A stretch of 63,092 bases of DNA, filler included. It is 5 parts of 5 records of this genome, joined end to end, with 100 filler letters (N's around TTAATTAATTAA, not from the genome) between each part and the next. Parts side by side here need not be neighbours in the genome. Positions count along the whole stretch, not along the records: positions 8,540 to 23,450 come from DRR378314_457; positions 23,551 to 31,493 come from DRR378314_458; 3 more parts are not named here. One strand, written 5' to 3'. Every line of letters begins with the position of its first letter. The stretch's first letter is position 1. The translations under genes and the position numbers were made by a program. The notes under the pieces were generated by a model. That model was not told where the DNA came from, made no database searches, and worked only from the letters and a program-made list of their open reading frames with translations. Of the stretch, positions 20,451-30,337 are shown one piece after another.

Positions 20451-23327
20451 TCATGGCTTTCCATGGTACACCTTGATCGACCCATCGTCCGAGCAAGTGA
20501 AGAGCGACGGCTTCGACGGATGGCAAAGCACTCGGCGCTGCAGTCGCGCACAGAGCGCCATCGAACGCAGAAAAACGGGAGGGCAGAGCACGTTCCAGCA
20601 GTAAGCACCTTGCCTAGCGCCGTGCAGATCATCCAGCGTGAAAGACTGTGCTCGTATACGGCCAAGGGATGGTGAAGGAGAGAACATAGCAGTGGTAGCA
20701 ACGCACGATTGGGACGGGGTCGTGATCGCGAAGTATCCCAGTGAGCGCCCCAGTCTGAATATTCCAGATAAAGACCTGCCCGTCGATTGTCGGCGCGAAT
20801 ACGTATCTGCACTCGAGAGAAATCACCGCACGCCGAAGGATTCGCAGCTGAGAACGTTGCAGGCAGCGCGGAAGGGCATGGCGGTGTGGAGCGCCATCTA
20901 CTCGTATCTTGGTGAACGCGACGCGCGAGCGTACCTTCCATTCGAGTCGAGTCCGCAGAGCCACACATTAGCATTGTAATTCTCCGCAGTGAAAGATCTG
21001 CGCACGGGGAGCCACAGTCGCACCGCAAGGCATTAACGGTACAAAACTGATTACACAATCCATGTGTTACACGCAGAAGAAGGAAACACACGGCAGGCAT
21101 CGCGCGCCAGCCACGTACCGCACATGCTTGAGCTCAACTTTACCTCCCGGTTTCTGCGGGAGCTCCAATGCATGCAAATCGCAATTGTTTGGTTTGCACT
21201 GTCGATCCTGTAGTATCAGCAGTAGAAGGAGGTGGCGAGAAACCATTCTCTGCGTGAGGGTTGCCCAGTCTCCCATTCATTGGGCCGAAACGTGTCGACG
21301 GTGCGCCAACATTTGCACAATGATCAGCACGAGAGAAACCGGGCAACGTACATCTTGGTAGATCTCTTCTACACCGCGCGTCAACACGTAGAGACACGAC
21401 CTATCATCGGTCTCTGACATATTCACAAAGAGAACATCGTCGCAGTACGAAGTGTACAGTCCCTCAAAGGAGGTGACGATGGTGCAGTTGGCTGCGTCGT
21501 AAATCTTCAAACCTGGGGACATTCCAAACAAAGCAGCGAAAGTCAGGTTTCACCTCTTTGCATTAGCAATTACATGCTGCAGCGTATTCTTCGCCTCATG
21601 GGAAAGCTGTAGCGCTGAAAACATACGCCGCTCCGTGATTCAGTAATGAACAGCGCTAAGGAAAGGGACTCTGCACCTGAGACAACCCGTTACCACTCGA
21701 GAGATCAGGCGGCGAGTCCGATATCGCATCCCACCGCTCAGTCGCAGGATCGTTCTCTATCCGCGCGCACCTTCTGCACAGGCAGCGGCGAAATATCGGT
21801 TCCCCGTCCCGGGAATGAGGCGGATTCGTATCGCCATGTCCGTCGTTTCATCCGCCATCCATCTGCCGGTGCGACGAAATTCCGCACGGTCCCACATACG
21901 AAAACGCACGCCGGAACCGATTCTCAGAGCGTTGCGGAGGCATTGATTGGAAGCGTATCGGATAGGAGTACAGTAGGCAAAGGTGCGAAGAGCAACGTAC
22001 CGCCATCCTGCGCTGCCAAAGTCCGCAAACGAGCGGTTCGCCATGTGCCAGCGGATGATCCGGCCATCTTGGCCGCCGGAGAACAAATACCACTCGCCTC
22101 CGACCTCTCCGGCAGTCATGGTCAAAATCTCCTCCGTATGTCCAAAGAAGCGCTGACTGACGCTTCGAGTGGCAAGGTCGAAGCTCTGCCGTTCCACGGA
22201 AACCGGGGACAACATGAACAAACGGTTCTTCGTTCACACGCGCTGCGGATACGCGTTGCGCAATACGCGCTTGCACAGCGCAAAAGCACCTCGTGCAATA
22301 GACAAGCGCGATCACTCTCTGAACGAAGGACGTGCCTCTGGCACACACAAACACACACATACAGACACACGATTCGCCCGGAATCTCATTGAATAACGTT
22401 ACTCTGACTAGCTCCTCTCGCGCTTTCCTGTACTTCATTCTCGTTTCCTTTGATCGAACGCAACGCATCGCACCTTGATGGGACTGGGCAAGATCTGATT
22501 GTCATCTTCGTCGGTGTTCCAATCGTATCTGCGAATGCCATTTCCAACACCGTTCCCGATACTTGGAGCAGTCAGACGAGCAATAGGCGCAACGCGAAAT
22601 TTTTGCAGCAAACGCATTTCCACCAACGCGTAGAGATGTAGCAGAGTGCTCAAGTCGAAGACAATCTTTTCGTCAAAAACCACGGGTTGGAAACCCAAGG
22701 AGAACCACAGCTCACCTGTCTTTCAGCTTTCCAGCTGCCAGAACGTGCGTGTCGTCCGGGGAGAACAAGACACAATAAAATTCTTCGATATGCTCCTCCT
22801 GCACCAAAGCGCCACAACCGCACAGTCATAAGCAAACACTTTCAATCCGCAATATCGGGTGTTGTGCAGAAGCACGTCCAAGCTTCGAATGCAGTCCAGT
22901 CCCTTTGGCCCGCGCTGCGCATTCCCCGCGCACACGCACCACAGCATCGCGCAGCTCCACGAGCAGCGAGTAGTCCTCCATATCCCAGACGCGCACACTG
23001 CCGTGCACGGACACTGTGGCAAGCATCGTATGGTCGTGCGAGAAGGCCATTGAAAACACTTGCCCCTGCATGCGAACAGGAAGACAGGCTTGCGTAAGGA
23101 ACGCCGCTGTGTCGAAGGTTTGTGATATGGACAATGCTCACATACATCACTGCGCTCCGAACGCGGCAGAGCGCCTCCGGAAGAGTATCGCGTGCGCGCC
23201 CAGCAACTACCACGAACACGTGAAGATTAACCCTAAACCTGCCGACCTTCTCGTTTGCGTTTGGTATTTGTTCGCATAGTGAGCGTCGCCGCTCGGCTTT
23301 CGGGAGGAAACGTACAGGATGCACCAT
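20451..23327 (-). CDS. WD40-repeat protein, about 11 exons
   Basis: Exon peptides GQVFSMAFSHDHTMLATVSVHGSVRVWD, FFGHTEEIL..FSGGQDGRIIRW, YVFAPTIDGQVFIWN, HPSKPSLFTCSDDGSIKVY; GT..AG boundaries. Confidence 0.88.
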
Positions 23328-23450
23328 GGCACTTCCCTGCAGCTGGAGCGGGCTCGTGCTGTTGATGCGCCCGAGGCAGCCAGCAGCGCGCCGCCACGCC
23401 GCGCCTTGGTCCCTGCGGCACGCCGTAGAAGCACACGCGCGCGTTCCCGA

Positions 23451-23550
23451 NNNNNNNNNNNNNNNNNNNNNNNNNNNNNNNNNNNNNNNNNNNNTTAATT
23501 AATTAANNNNNNNNNNNNNNNNNNNNNNNNNNNNNNNNNNNNNNNNNNNN
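23451..23550. other. Artificial contig spacer
   Basis: N44-TTAATTAATTAA-N44. Confidence 0.99.
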
Positions 23551-23640
23551 GGAAGTTACACCAACTGTCGGGACACTGCCTCACATGATTTAGTGTTGGC
23601 TGACAGAGCAAGTAAAAAATACGGGATTGTTCGAGAAGGA

Positions 23641-24582
23641 CTAAACTAGGCCTACGCTGGCGAACCAGTCAACGTTGCATTTGTCCGCATCATTGGAGCA
23701 CAGCCCCAGCAAGTGCCACCTCGCATAGCGTGCGTATTCAGCCGCGACAGCACATTTGACTTGGCTTGGTTTATCAGCGCTGTAATACGGCCGCTCCGCC
23801 GTGCTGGCCCGATGCATATCAAGAAGCGCGGCTTTATAGCCTTCCTTTCCCTTTAGGAGTGTTCTCAACCCGAGATCGCAAAAGGATCTCGAGACATCAA
23901 TCGGGAGGGCCTCCGGAATCTGACCTTTGAGACCGGACAGCGCTCCACCGAGCGTCAGGCAGGTGCGGTGTAGGTTCGTCAGGTCCAGATCCTGCAACCA
24001 ATCATCCTGTGGACCGTCCCAGATGCGTTCCCGAACATACTGTTCAAAAATCGAGCCCGGGAGCAGTTCTTCGACCTCGCTCGTCAGTTGAATCTGCCCC
24101 CTGTGTTGGAGAATGCGGCCTACAAAGTCATAGGTCGCATGAGAGTGGTTGGCCGAGGGCAGTGTTATCAATGAACATTTGTGCTTGGGGCAGCAGTAGA
24201 TGCCGAGGATAGACCACTCAAGTTGTTGCACCACTCCATGTGGCCCAGTTTCCGTCAGCGCCGCTGCTACGCATTTGGGGCAAAGCCGAACTGCGGTGCG
24301 CCGTAGGATCCCAGTGCTCGCGACAGTTTTCCCGATTTGATAATGCCCAATCCCAATTTTCTTTGTGCACCAAGTGCGCAGCATGTCCGTGCGCGTTTCT
24401 GTCAGCCATGCAAGACGTTCTATCTGGCCATCATGGCCACTGCACAGAAACGGCCAGCGCATGCCGAGGTCGGAACAGAAATTGCGTGGGGTCGTTTCGT
24501 GTAGCGCCGCATGGCGGCTCACATATCCATGCAGCGTCTCCCCTTCAATGAAGGGGAGAGCCAATACCAAGGGTGCTGTCAT
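23641..24582 (-). CDS. tniQ: TniQ-family transposon target-selector protein, probably C-terminally truncated
   Basis: PFIEGETLHGYVSRHA N-terminal motif; RLCPKC and CPKHKCSL zinc knuckle; coupled to the upstream ATPase (ATGA overlap). Confidence 0.85.
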   Translation of the reverse strand: MTAPLVLALPFIEGETLHGYVSRHAALHETTPRNFCSDLGMRWPFLCSGHDGQIERLAWLTETRTDMLRTWCTKKIGIGHYQIGKTVASTGILRRTAVRLCPKCVAAALTETGPHGVVQQLEWSILGIYCCPKHKCSLITLPSANHSHATYDFVGRILQHRGQIQLTSEVEELLPGSIFEQYVRERIWDGPQDDWLQDLDLTNLHRTCLTLGGALSGLKGQIPEALPIDVSRSFCDLGLRTLLKGKEGYKAALLDMHRASTAERPYYSADKPSQVKCAVAAEYARYARWHLLGLCSNDADKCNVDWFASVGLV

Positions 24583-25220
24583 GTGCCTTCACCGTCGTAT
24601 CCGAAGATCTGCCGCGGATTGATCCGAGCGAAGTCTTCGGCGATGAACGGATTGAGGGCGTCGATAGCGGCGCTTCGCTCGAAGTAAACATCTGCATAGT
24701 GTTGCAGTCGTAGTGGCGCTTCACTGCCTTCGCTAATCAAAGCCTTCGAGAGCGCCTGGACCGTGAGTTCGACCATCAAGCCAAACTCGTAATCCGCAGC
24801 GTGCATCAGGCGCTGCGCAAACAGGGGCTCGCGGACAGAGGAATGAGTATCAACTTGCGCGCGGTCTGCGTATTTCTGGACGATATCAAGCACAGGCTCG
24901 ACTTCCCTGATCGCATGCAACCTCCCTATTTCGACAGGGTATAGGCGGCGAGCAAGTTGCGGATCCTGGTTCACGATTTTCTTGAGATCCGGCATACCCG
25001 AGAGTATGAGACCTGTCGGCCAATAGGAGTTTTCCATCAGAGATTTCAACGTATTGACGACGGATTGGCGTTCCTTATCGGTTTGATATCGTGCCAAATC
25101 TTGTGCCTCATCCAGGTGCAGGAAACAGGTTTGCCTGAGTTTGAGCTGAACCTTGACCTGATCCCAGATCGCAGGACCTTGTTTGTCGCCGGAATAAGGA
25201 TAACCCAGAGCCCGGAGTGT
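24579..25220 (-). pseudogene. tniB: TniB/TnsC-like AAA+ ATPase, N-terminus (Walker A) deleted
   Basis: Frame extends upstream of the called ORF: TLRALGYP..IWDQV..FLHLDEAQDL (Walker B)..LILSGMP..DPQLARR; abuts IS5 sequence at ~25220. Confidence 0.8.
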
Positions 25221-25652
25221 TGGCGGTCAGGGTCTCTTGCAGCGATGCGCTCGCCGAATGCTTTCAAGCAGCGCATCTTTGCCTCGACCCGGCTCCGGGC
25301 GTGATATCCCGTCCAGCGTTTCCAGAAGGCCCGGCCGTAGTGCCGGGTGGCGCGCAAGGTTTCGTTTCTGACCTGTGCCGCCGGGCAGTCTTCTTTCCAC
25401 GGCCGACCATTCTTGCGGATAGGGATAATCGGGGCGGCACCACGCTCGATGATGGCGGAGTGGCAACGGCGCGTGTCATAGGCTCCGTCTGCGGTCACGC
25501 TGCTGATCTCTTCGGCCTTCGGAATCTGATCGAGCAGTTCCGGCAGGACCGGGCTGTCGCCGTCGCGGCTGGGGGTGAATTCGACAGCACGGATGTCAGA
25601 CGTGGCAGCATCCATCGCAAGATGCACCTTGCGCCATTGGCGCCGCCCCTGC
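25221..25652 (-). mobile_element. Internal fragment of an IS5-family transposase
   Basis: RRQWRKVHLAMD..VTADGAYDTRRCH..WKRWTGYHARSRVEAKMRCLK..RDPDRQ; both ends missing. Confidence 0.9.
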
Positions 25653-26192
25653 AGCATGCGATAGCCATACCTCCTGTGCTTACCCGATAGCGTGATCAAA
25701 CGTTCCCGGAGCCGCGCATGGCGATCCGGGCGTGCCTGATAGGTCAGACTCGATCTGGATATCCCAACCAGCCTGCACGCCCGCCTTTGCGTGAACTGAT
25801 GATCGCGCATCAGCGTGACCACCGCATCCCGACGGGCGGCAGGCGTTATGAGTTTTTTGCCAGCAGCCCCTTCAGGCCAGCATTGTCGAGCATCGCGTCG
25901 GCCAGCAGGCGCTTCAGTTCCGAGTTCTCTGCTTCCAGGTCCTTCAACCGGCGCAGCTCCGAAACCGTCATGCCGCCATACTTGGCTTTCCACTTGTACA
26001 GCGTCGCATCGGACATACCGTACTTACGGCAAAGCTCCGAAACCTTCGCCCCAGCCGCATACTCCTGCAAAATCCCAACAATCTGTTCTTCGGTGAAACG
26101 TGACTTCCGCATTCTTCGTTCTCCTCGTTGCTTTGAACGTTACGAGAACAAACTCTCCTTTTGAATGGTCCGATATTTGGGGGGGCAGGTCA
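25653..26192 (-). mobile_element. IS3-family (IS407 group) element, left portion only: IRL, orfA, start of orfB
   Basis: IRL TGACCTGCCCCCCC at 26192; orfA; A6C slippery site at 25858-25852; orfB QRRACRLVGISRS..RRYGYRML. Confidence 0.9.
25846..26112 (-). CDS. IS3-family transposase OrfA
   Basis: MRKSRFTEEQIVGILQE..ELCRKYGMSDATLYKWKAKYGG..LEAENSELKRLLAD. Confidence 0.93.
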   Translation of the reverse strand: MRKSRFTEEQIVGILQEYAAGAKVSELCRKYGMSDATLYKWKAKYGGMTVSELRRLKDLEAENSELKRLLADAMLDNAGLKGLLAKNS

Positions 26193-26270
26193 CACCTTAT
26201 TCAGCTGCCCAAAAGTACAGAACTTTAGCTAAATCCTGCTCTGCTTTAAATTCAATCAAAGAATATGTCG

Positions 26271-27002
26271 TTAGCCGCTAAGACAGGTATCTAAAACCTC
26301 TAGTATCAACGCTTTTTGAGATTCAGTTGCACCATCCCACATATCGTTGTGTTGAATCGCCTCTGCATGCCAAACAATCATTCCTAATATTTTTTGATCC
26401 TCAATTTCTGGGAAAACTCCTTGATCGGCTTCGTAATCACTTGAGCGAACGGAACATACCCGCGGGGAACTCGTCCGTGGAACGGGCATACGTCTATGAT
26501 CGAGGGTAAATGCAATCTGGACTGCCTCCGGGAACTCGGTTGCATACAGCATCGTTGTATCGCCCCCGTTTGAATGTCCAACCAAAACAGTCATTACCTC
26601 AGGCCGGACAATTCCTCTTGACTGAAACGACGCCACAACCGCGCGAATATCGTCGACACCTGATTGCCAGTTGGGTCGACGGGTCACTTTGGGATCGCCT
26701 TCGATGACCAACGGTGGATCACCAGCCAAAGCATGTTGAATGCTTGCAACGATATATCCCTGATTAGCAAGGTGTTCAGCAACGAATGAATATCCAGTGT
26801 TCTGCCCCCCGTATCCGTGGGAAATGATTGCAAATTTGGCGGTGTCTTGTCGCTGCGGGTTTCGATATAGCATAACGGGAATAGTTCGATTTCGACCTGC
26901 ATCAACAACCTCCGTTGGGTGCAGATTGACTTCTGCACTTGCTGTTGTCGCTGCTACGGCGAACCAAGTAGCCGCCAGACGCCAAGAGAATTTCTTAAAC
27001 AT
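26271..27002 (-). CDS. Secreted alpha/beta hydrolase
   Basis: Signal peptide, SHGYGG oxyanion motif, GHSNGG nucleophile elbow. Confidence 0.85.
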   Translation of the reverse strand: MFKKFSWRLAATWFAVAATTASAEVNLHPTEVVDAGRNRTIPVMLYRNPQRQDTAKFAIISHGYGGQNTGYSFVAEHLANQGYIVASIQHALAGDPPLVIEGDPKVTRRPNWQSGVDDIRAVVASFQSRGIVRPEVMTVLVGHSNGGDTTMLYATEFPEAVQIAFTLDHRRMPVPRTSSPRVCSVRSSDYEADQGVFPEIEDQKILGMIVWHAEAIQHNDMWDGATESQKALILEVLDTCLSG

Positions 27003-27267
27003 TTGAGCCTCGATTTTTAATGTGAAACCGATTCTTCTGATCGGCAAGTTTCATGTATCTTGGCAAGATCGGCTGAACAACAAAGTATGCAATTTTTTCG
27101 CTAGATCTGGCCTAATGCTGCAAGTGTATCAATCGGTTTGCATAAATTTCGCCGTCACGTAATGGTCATAGTGTTCAACATAAATGCCAGATTTCCTTTG
27201 TTTTACGCACGGGCGAGGAGTCACTTTGTCTGAATTTGTGGAGTTCGTTTCATGATAGACGTGTTTT

Positions 27268-27356
27268 GGGAAACGGCCATTGATGTGTTATGCAGCATCG
27301 GCGACTCTGGGCTCAGACCCCGGTTTCGCTATGCCTTGTCGCAGTGACCGTTTCGT
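27268..27356 (+). repeat. Degenerate palindromic intergenic repeat, copy 1
   Basis: CGGCCATT..GCAGCATCGG..TGGGCTC..TTCGCT..GACCGTTT; aligns with 29291-29388 (-) and 31348-31403 (+). Confidence 0.55.
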
Positions 27357-27419
27357 ACGAACGAATGACTTCACGGTTGCGCCGCCAACCCGCTATATCA
27401 GTCTAGTACACAAAAACGT

Positions 27420-28175
27420 TTGCCAGAAATCAGCAGGGTAGCCGTGGACATTCGAACACTTGATGACTCCGATCCACTTCTTGGCAGTTCCAAACTGCTT
27501 GATGCGGTACAGAAAGCGATTGGTTTCGCTCAAGAAAATGATGGGATCGGCCTAACGAAAAGCAGGGCATTCAACCGAAAGTTCGCGACATGGGCGGCCG
27601 AGAATTTCAACTGGCCTGAATACTCAGCTGACCAACTCTTGCGCATCCAAAAAGTGTTGAACGAGGAAGACGTCTTACCCGTCCTAGTTTTGCATGAGCT
27701 GATGATCTCAATGAACCTGGGGCGCCACACCAAAGGCAAGTGGCGCTTCAGCAAGAAGGCGAAGGTTCTGTCTCAAACGCCTGGTGTCCTGCAAGCGGCG
27801 TTGACGCGGGGGTTCTTGTTCGAGTTTGATCATAGCCGATTGCAACGCTTCCCCTTTGTTGCACCTGGCAACTGGGACATTTGGCTCAACGTTATCAACG
27901 TCGATGCGCATGGAGGGGTGAGCGAGGCAGCGCTACTAAAGACCTTTTACGGTGTAGAATATTCTGGCGCAGGGGACCGAGAGTTTTGGGATCATGCCTC
28001 GTTTTTGAGGTGGCATGTCCTGAAGCCGCTGAGTTGGTTGGGATACTTGGATGCAACAGAGCTCGACGGGCGCCATTCGCCCTCTGACCAGACGATCTAT
28101 AAAAAAACACCACTTTGGCAGAGGACGTTCCGTCTCGATACGGATGATGAACTGCGTCCATTCATCGTCCATTGA
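27420..28175 (+). CDS. Hypothetical protein
   Basis: 251-aa ORF with protein-like composition; no motif recognised; start could be GTG 27444. Confidence 0.75.
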   Translation: MPEISRVAVDIRTLDDSDPLLGSSKLLDAVQKAIGFAQENDGIGLTKSRAFNRKFATWAAENFNWPEYSADQLLRIQKVLNEEDVLPVLVLHELMISMNLGRHTKGKWRFSKKAKVLSQTPGVLQAALTRGFLFEFDHSRLQRFPFVAPGNWDIWLNVINVDAHGGVSEAALLKTFYGVEYSGAGDREFWDHASFLRWHVLKPLSWLGYLDATELDGRHSPSDQTIYKKTPLWQRTFRLDTDDELRPFIVH

Positions 28176-28300
28176 GCCCGGTGACCGCTATCAGATACGC
28201 CTCTTTCACGAGACTTCTGCAAGCGCATCGGGCTGCAGTGAGCCCTTTCAAGTCATTGGAAAGTCCGCCGCCCAAGCGATTAGACTGGGCGGCGGTAGGA

Positions 28301-29032
28301 TCAGATCTTGCGTGCCGAAACCAGCAGCATCATAGGCCGCTCCAGTTCTTCGGCCAGATCCGGTACATCCGCAATTTGTTCGGGTGTGGGCGCAAACTCT
28401 TCCACCCGGCAAAGTTCGAACCCCGTGTCAATCAGGGTGTTGATGGTTGTTGCCAAGGTCCGGTGGTGCTTCAGCACCCCCTTGGCGAACCAGTCCGTGC
28501 GGCGCTCGCCCTCAATAGAATAGCCGTTCACCGGCCAGGTTTTGCGCCCGTCTTCGTCTTGCGTCCATTGCGGATGGGCGGCTGCCATGAAGATCGGGTG
28601 TTCGATGGTGAAGACCAGATCCCCGCCAGGCGCCAAAGCCGCATGGATCATGTGGATCAGCCGTTCAAAATCCTGTACATAGTGGAAGGTCAAAGCGCTG
28701 TAGACCAGATCAAACGCCGCCTCGGGCAATTCAAGCATTTCCAGGTCAGCAATCCGGTATTCGATTGCGGGATCCTCGGTGTCGGCCCTCCCACGTTCGA
28801 TCATGTTCTGAGACAGGTCAACCCCCAGAACTGAAGCAGCCCCCTGACCGCGGAACCAGCGTGCTGCCCAGCCGAAGCCGCAGCCTAGGTCCGCCACGCG
28901 CTTGCCTGACAGTCCGGGCAACAGTGCCTGAATTGCCGGCCATTCCGGCGCACCGTCCAACCCGTCGACCTGACGGGGAAGCTGGCTGTAGCCAGCAAAA
29001 AAATCGGGATTGTCGTAGATATTCTGTGCCAT
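28301..29032 (-). CDS. Class I SAM-dependent methyltransferase
   Basis: MAQNIYD start; VADLGCGFG motif I; FTIEHPIF. Confidence 0.92.
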   Translation of the reverse strand: MAQNIYDNPDFFAGYSQLPRQVDGLDGAPEWPAIQALLPGLSGKRVADLGCGFGWAARWFRGQGAASVLGVDLSQNMIERGRADTEDPAIEYRIADLEMLELPEAAFDLVYSALTFHYVQDFERLIHMIHAALAPGGDLVFTIEHPIFMAAAHPQWTQDEDGRKTWPVNGYSIEGERRTDWFAKGVLKHHRTLATTINTLIDTGFELCRVEEFAPTPEQIADVPDLAEELERPMMLLVSARKI

Positions 29033-29290
29033 GTTTGTCTCCAGATAAAGGGGAGGACGAGGCACGTTTTCCACGCCTAACAACCTCGTCCAAAAGGGCG
29101 AGGCCGAGGCTGGCAATCAGCGAGGTCAGTTCGCGTGATTGGCATCCCGGCATCCCGCCAAGGGGATACCGGCCAACCGGGCGACAATGTGGATGTCCTT
29201 CTCAACCATGCAGGCTATATCGGTCTGAATGCAGAAAATGTCAATTTCCTCGCCCATCAGGCGGCGCACTGACAGCGCAGCGATAGACGA

Positions 29291-29388
29291 GGCAGCCTGG
29301 ACCGGCCATTTGCCATGACAGCAGCGAACTCACTCTCAAAGCCCAATTCAACCGAAGCTGGGACATAAAGGAATGGCTGCTCTTCCCA
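29291..29388 (-). repeat. Degenerate palindromic intergenic repeat, copy 2
   Basis: Minus strand TGGGCTTTGAGAGTGAGTTCGCTGC..AATGGCCG; internal arms CGGCCATT/AATGGCTG. Confidence 0.6.
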
Positions 29389-29400
29389 TCGCGCTGCGCC

Positions 29401-29838
29401 TCATGGACTGGTCAACATGAAGAACTCAATCAACTGGCCGTTTGGGTCGCTGATCTTGAGGAGGTGAATGCCCGGCTCTTCGATGATCTCCGGGACTGCA
29501 CCTCCTGCTTGGGAGATACGGGCTTGCAGCGCCACGAGGTTCCCCGATTGAAGGTAGGGGACCGCACCGGTTCCGGGAACGGCATCGGGAGCGTAGCGCT
29601 CTCGTGACACTATAGCGAACCATCCCTCCGCAATATCGAAAGCGATGAAGCCATCGAGCTGAATAGTTGGTTTGCGATCGAATAGCGTCCGGTAGAACTG
29701 TTCCGATGACGGCATGTCGTCGGTTGGCACATAGGCGCCCATGGCCAGGATGGCGTCTTGGGATGTGGCGTTTTGTGCCTGAACGCCGATGGATCCAGCC
29801 AGACATGCGGAAAGGGCTAGGGCGCAAACCGTCTTCAT
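29401..29838 (-). CDS. VOC/glyoxalase-family protein with signal peptide
   Basis: SEQFYRTLF and SDPNGQLIEF VOC motifs. Confidence 0.8.
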   Translation of the reverse strand: MKTVCALALSACLAGSIGVQAQNATSQDAILAMGAYVPTDDMPSSEQFYRTLFDRKPTIQLDGFIAFDIAEGWFAIVSRERYAPDAVPGTGAVPYLQSGNLVALQARISQAGGAVPEIIEEPGIHLLKISDPNGQLIEFFMLTSP

Positions 29839-30230
29839 CGGATAGTCTCCGGTATTGCCCCGGACGCTTCGGGCTGCGTGTCCCAGGGGGGGCGGTTTTC
29901 GGTGAATTCATGGAAGGAATGGGGAACCCCCGGGTCGTCATCCAAACAATGGGCATTGATCGGAAATGACGCATCAGGTGACAGAGGCTCGCCTAGGGCC
30001 GTGCCGCAGCACCGGCAGAAAGAACGCGTGTAGGTGTAGGGAGCACGGGGGGCAATTGTCTTGATTTGCTCCGCCCCGCTGAGCAAGCTGAATTGCTCCC
30101 TCGCAACGAAGACAATCGTTGATGAGCCGAGTTTCCGGCAGCGCGAACAATGGCATGTGCCCATGGCAGACGGCGCGCCCTCAATCGCGAAGCGGACGGC
30201 GCCGCAGGCGCAGCTTCCTTGAATGGGCAT
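29835..30230 (-). CDS. GFA-family zinc protein
   Basis: GSCACGAVRF, CHCSRCRK, RSFCRCCGT. Confidence 0.9.
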   Translation of the reverse strand: MPIQGSCACGAVRFAIEGAPSAMGTCHCSRCRKLGSSTIVFVAREQFSLLSGAEQIKTIAPRAPYTYTRSFCRCCGTALGEPLSPDASFPINAHCLDDDPGVPHSFHEFTENRPPWDTQPEASGAIPETIR

Positions 30231-30278
30231 CAGAATTTCCTTTCGATTCAGTTTGACGGCCCACCAATACCCCGCCCA

Positions 30279-30311
30279 TGCTGACAGCATGTTGTCACCA
30301 TGGTGTCAGCA
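30279..30311. promoter_or_regulatory. Probable operator of the YafY-type regulator
   Basis: TGCTGACA..TGTCAGCA palindrome with internal 11-bp direct repeat, between the divergent genes. Confidence 0.65.
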
Positions 30312-30337
30312 CGGGTGCAGTGGACCTAAGGAGAGCG

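Noticed and set aside
8676-23436. Many long six-frame ORFs, e.g. 16127-17704 (525 aa), 19742-21100, 21646-22392
   Set aside because: They are low-complexity Arg/Ala/Cys-rich translations of GC-rich introns or antisense to real exons; the spliced models explain the region.
23551-23580. Possible IS terminus at the contig start (GTTACACCAACTGTCGGGACAC)
   Set aside because: Only 30 nt at the edge with no partner repeat or transposase; cannot be supported.
23641-25220. CRISPR-associated transposon
   Set aside because: Only tniQ/tniB remnants are present; no cas5/6/7/8/12k and no array on the contig.
25046-25993. Single intact 315-aa transposase gene
   Set aside because: It is a mosaic of out-of-frame orfA, IS3 orfB, an IS5 fragment and out-of-frame tniB.
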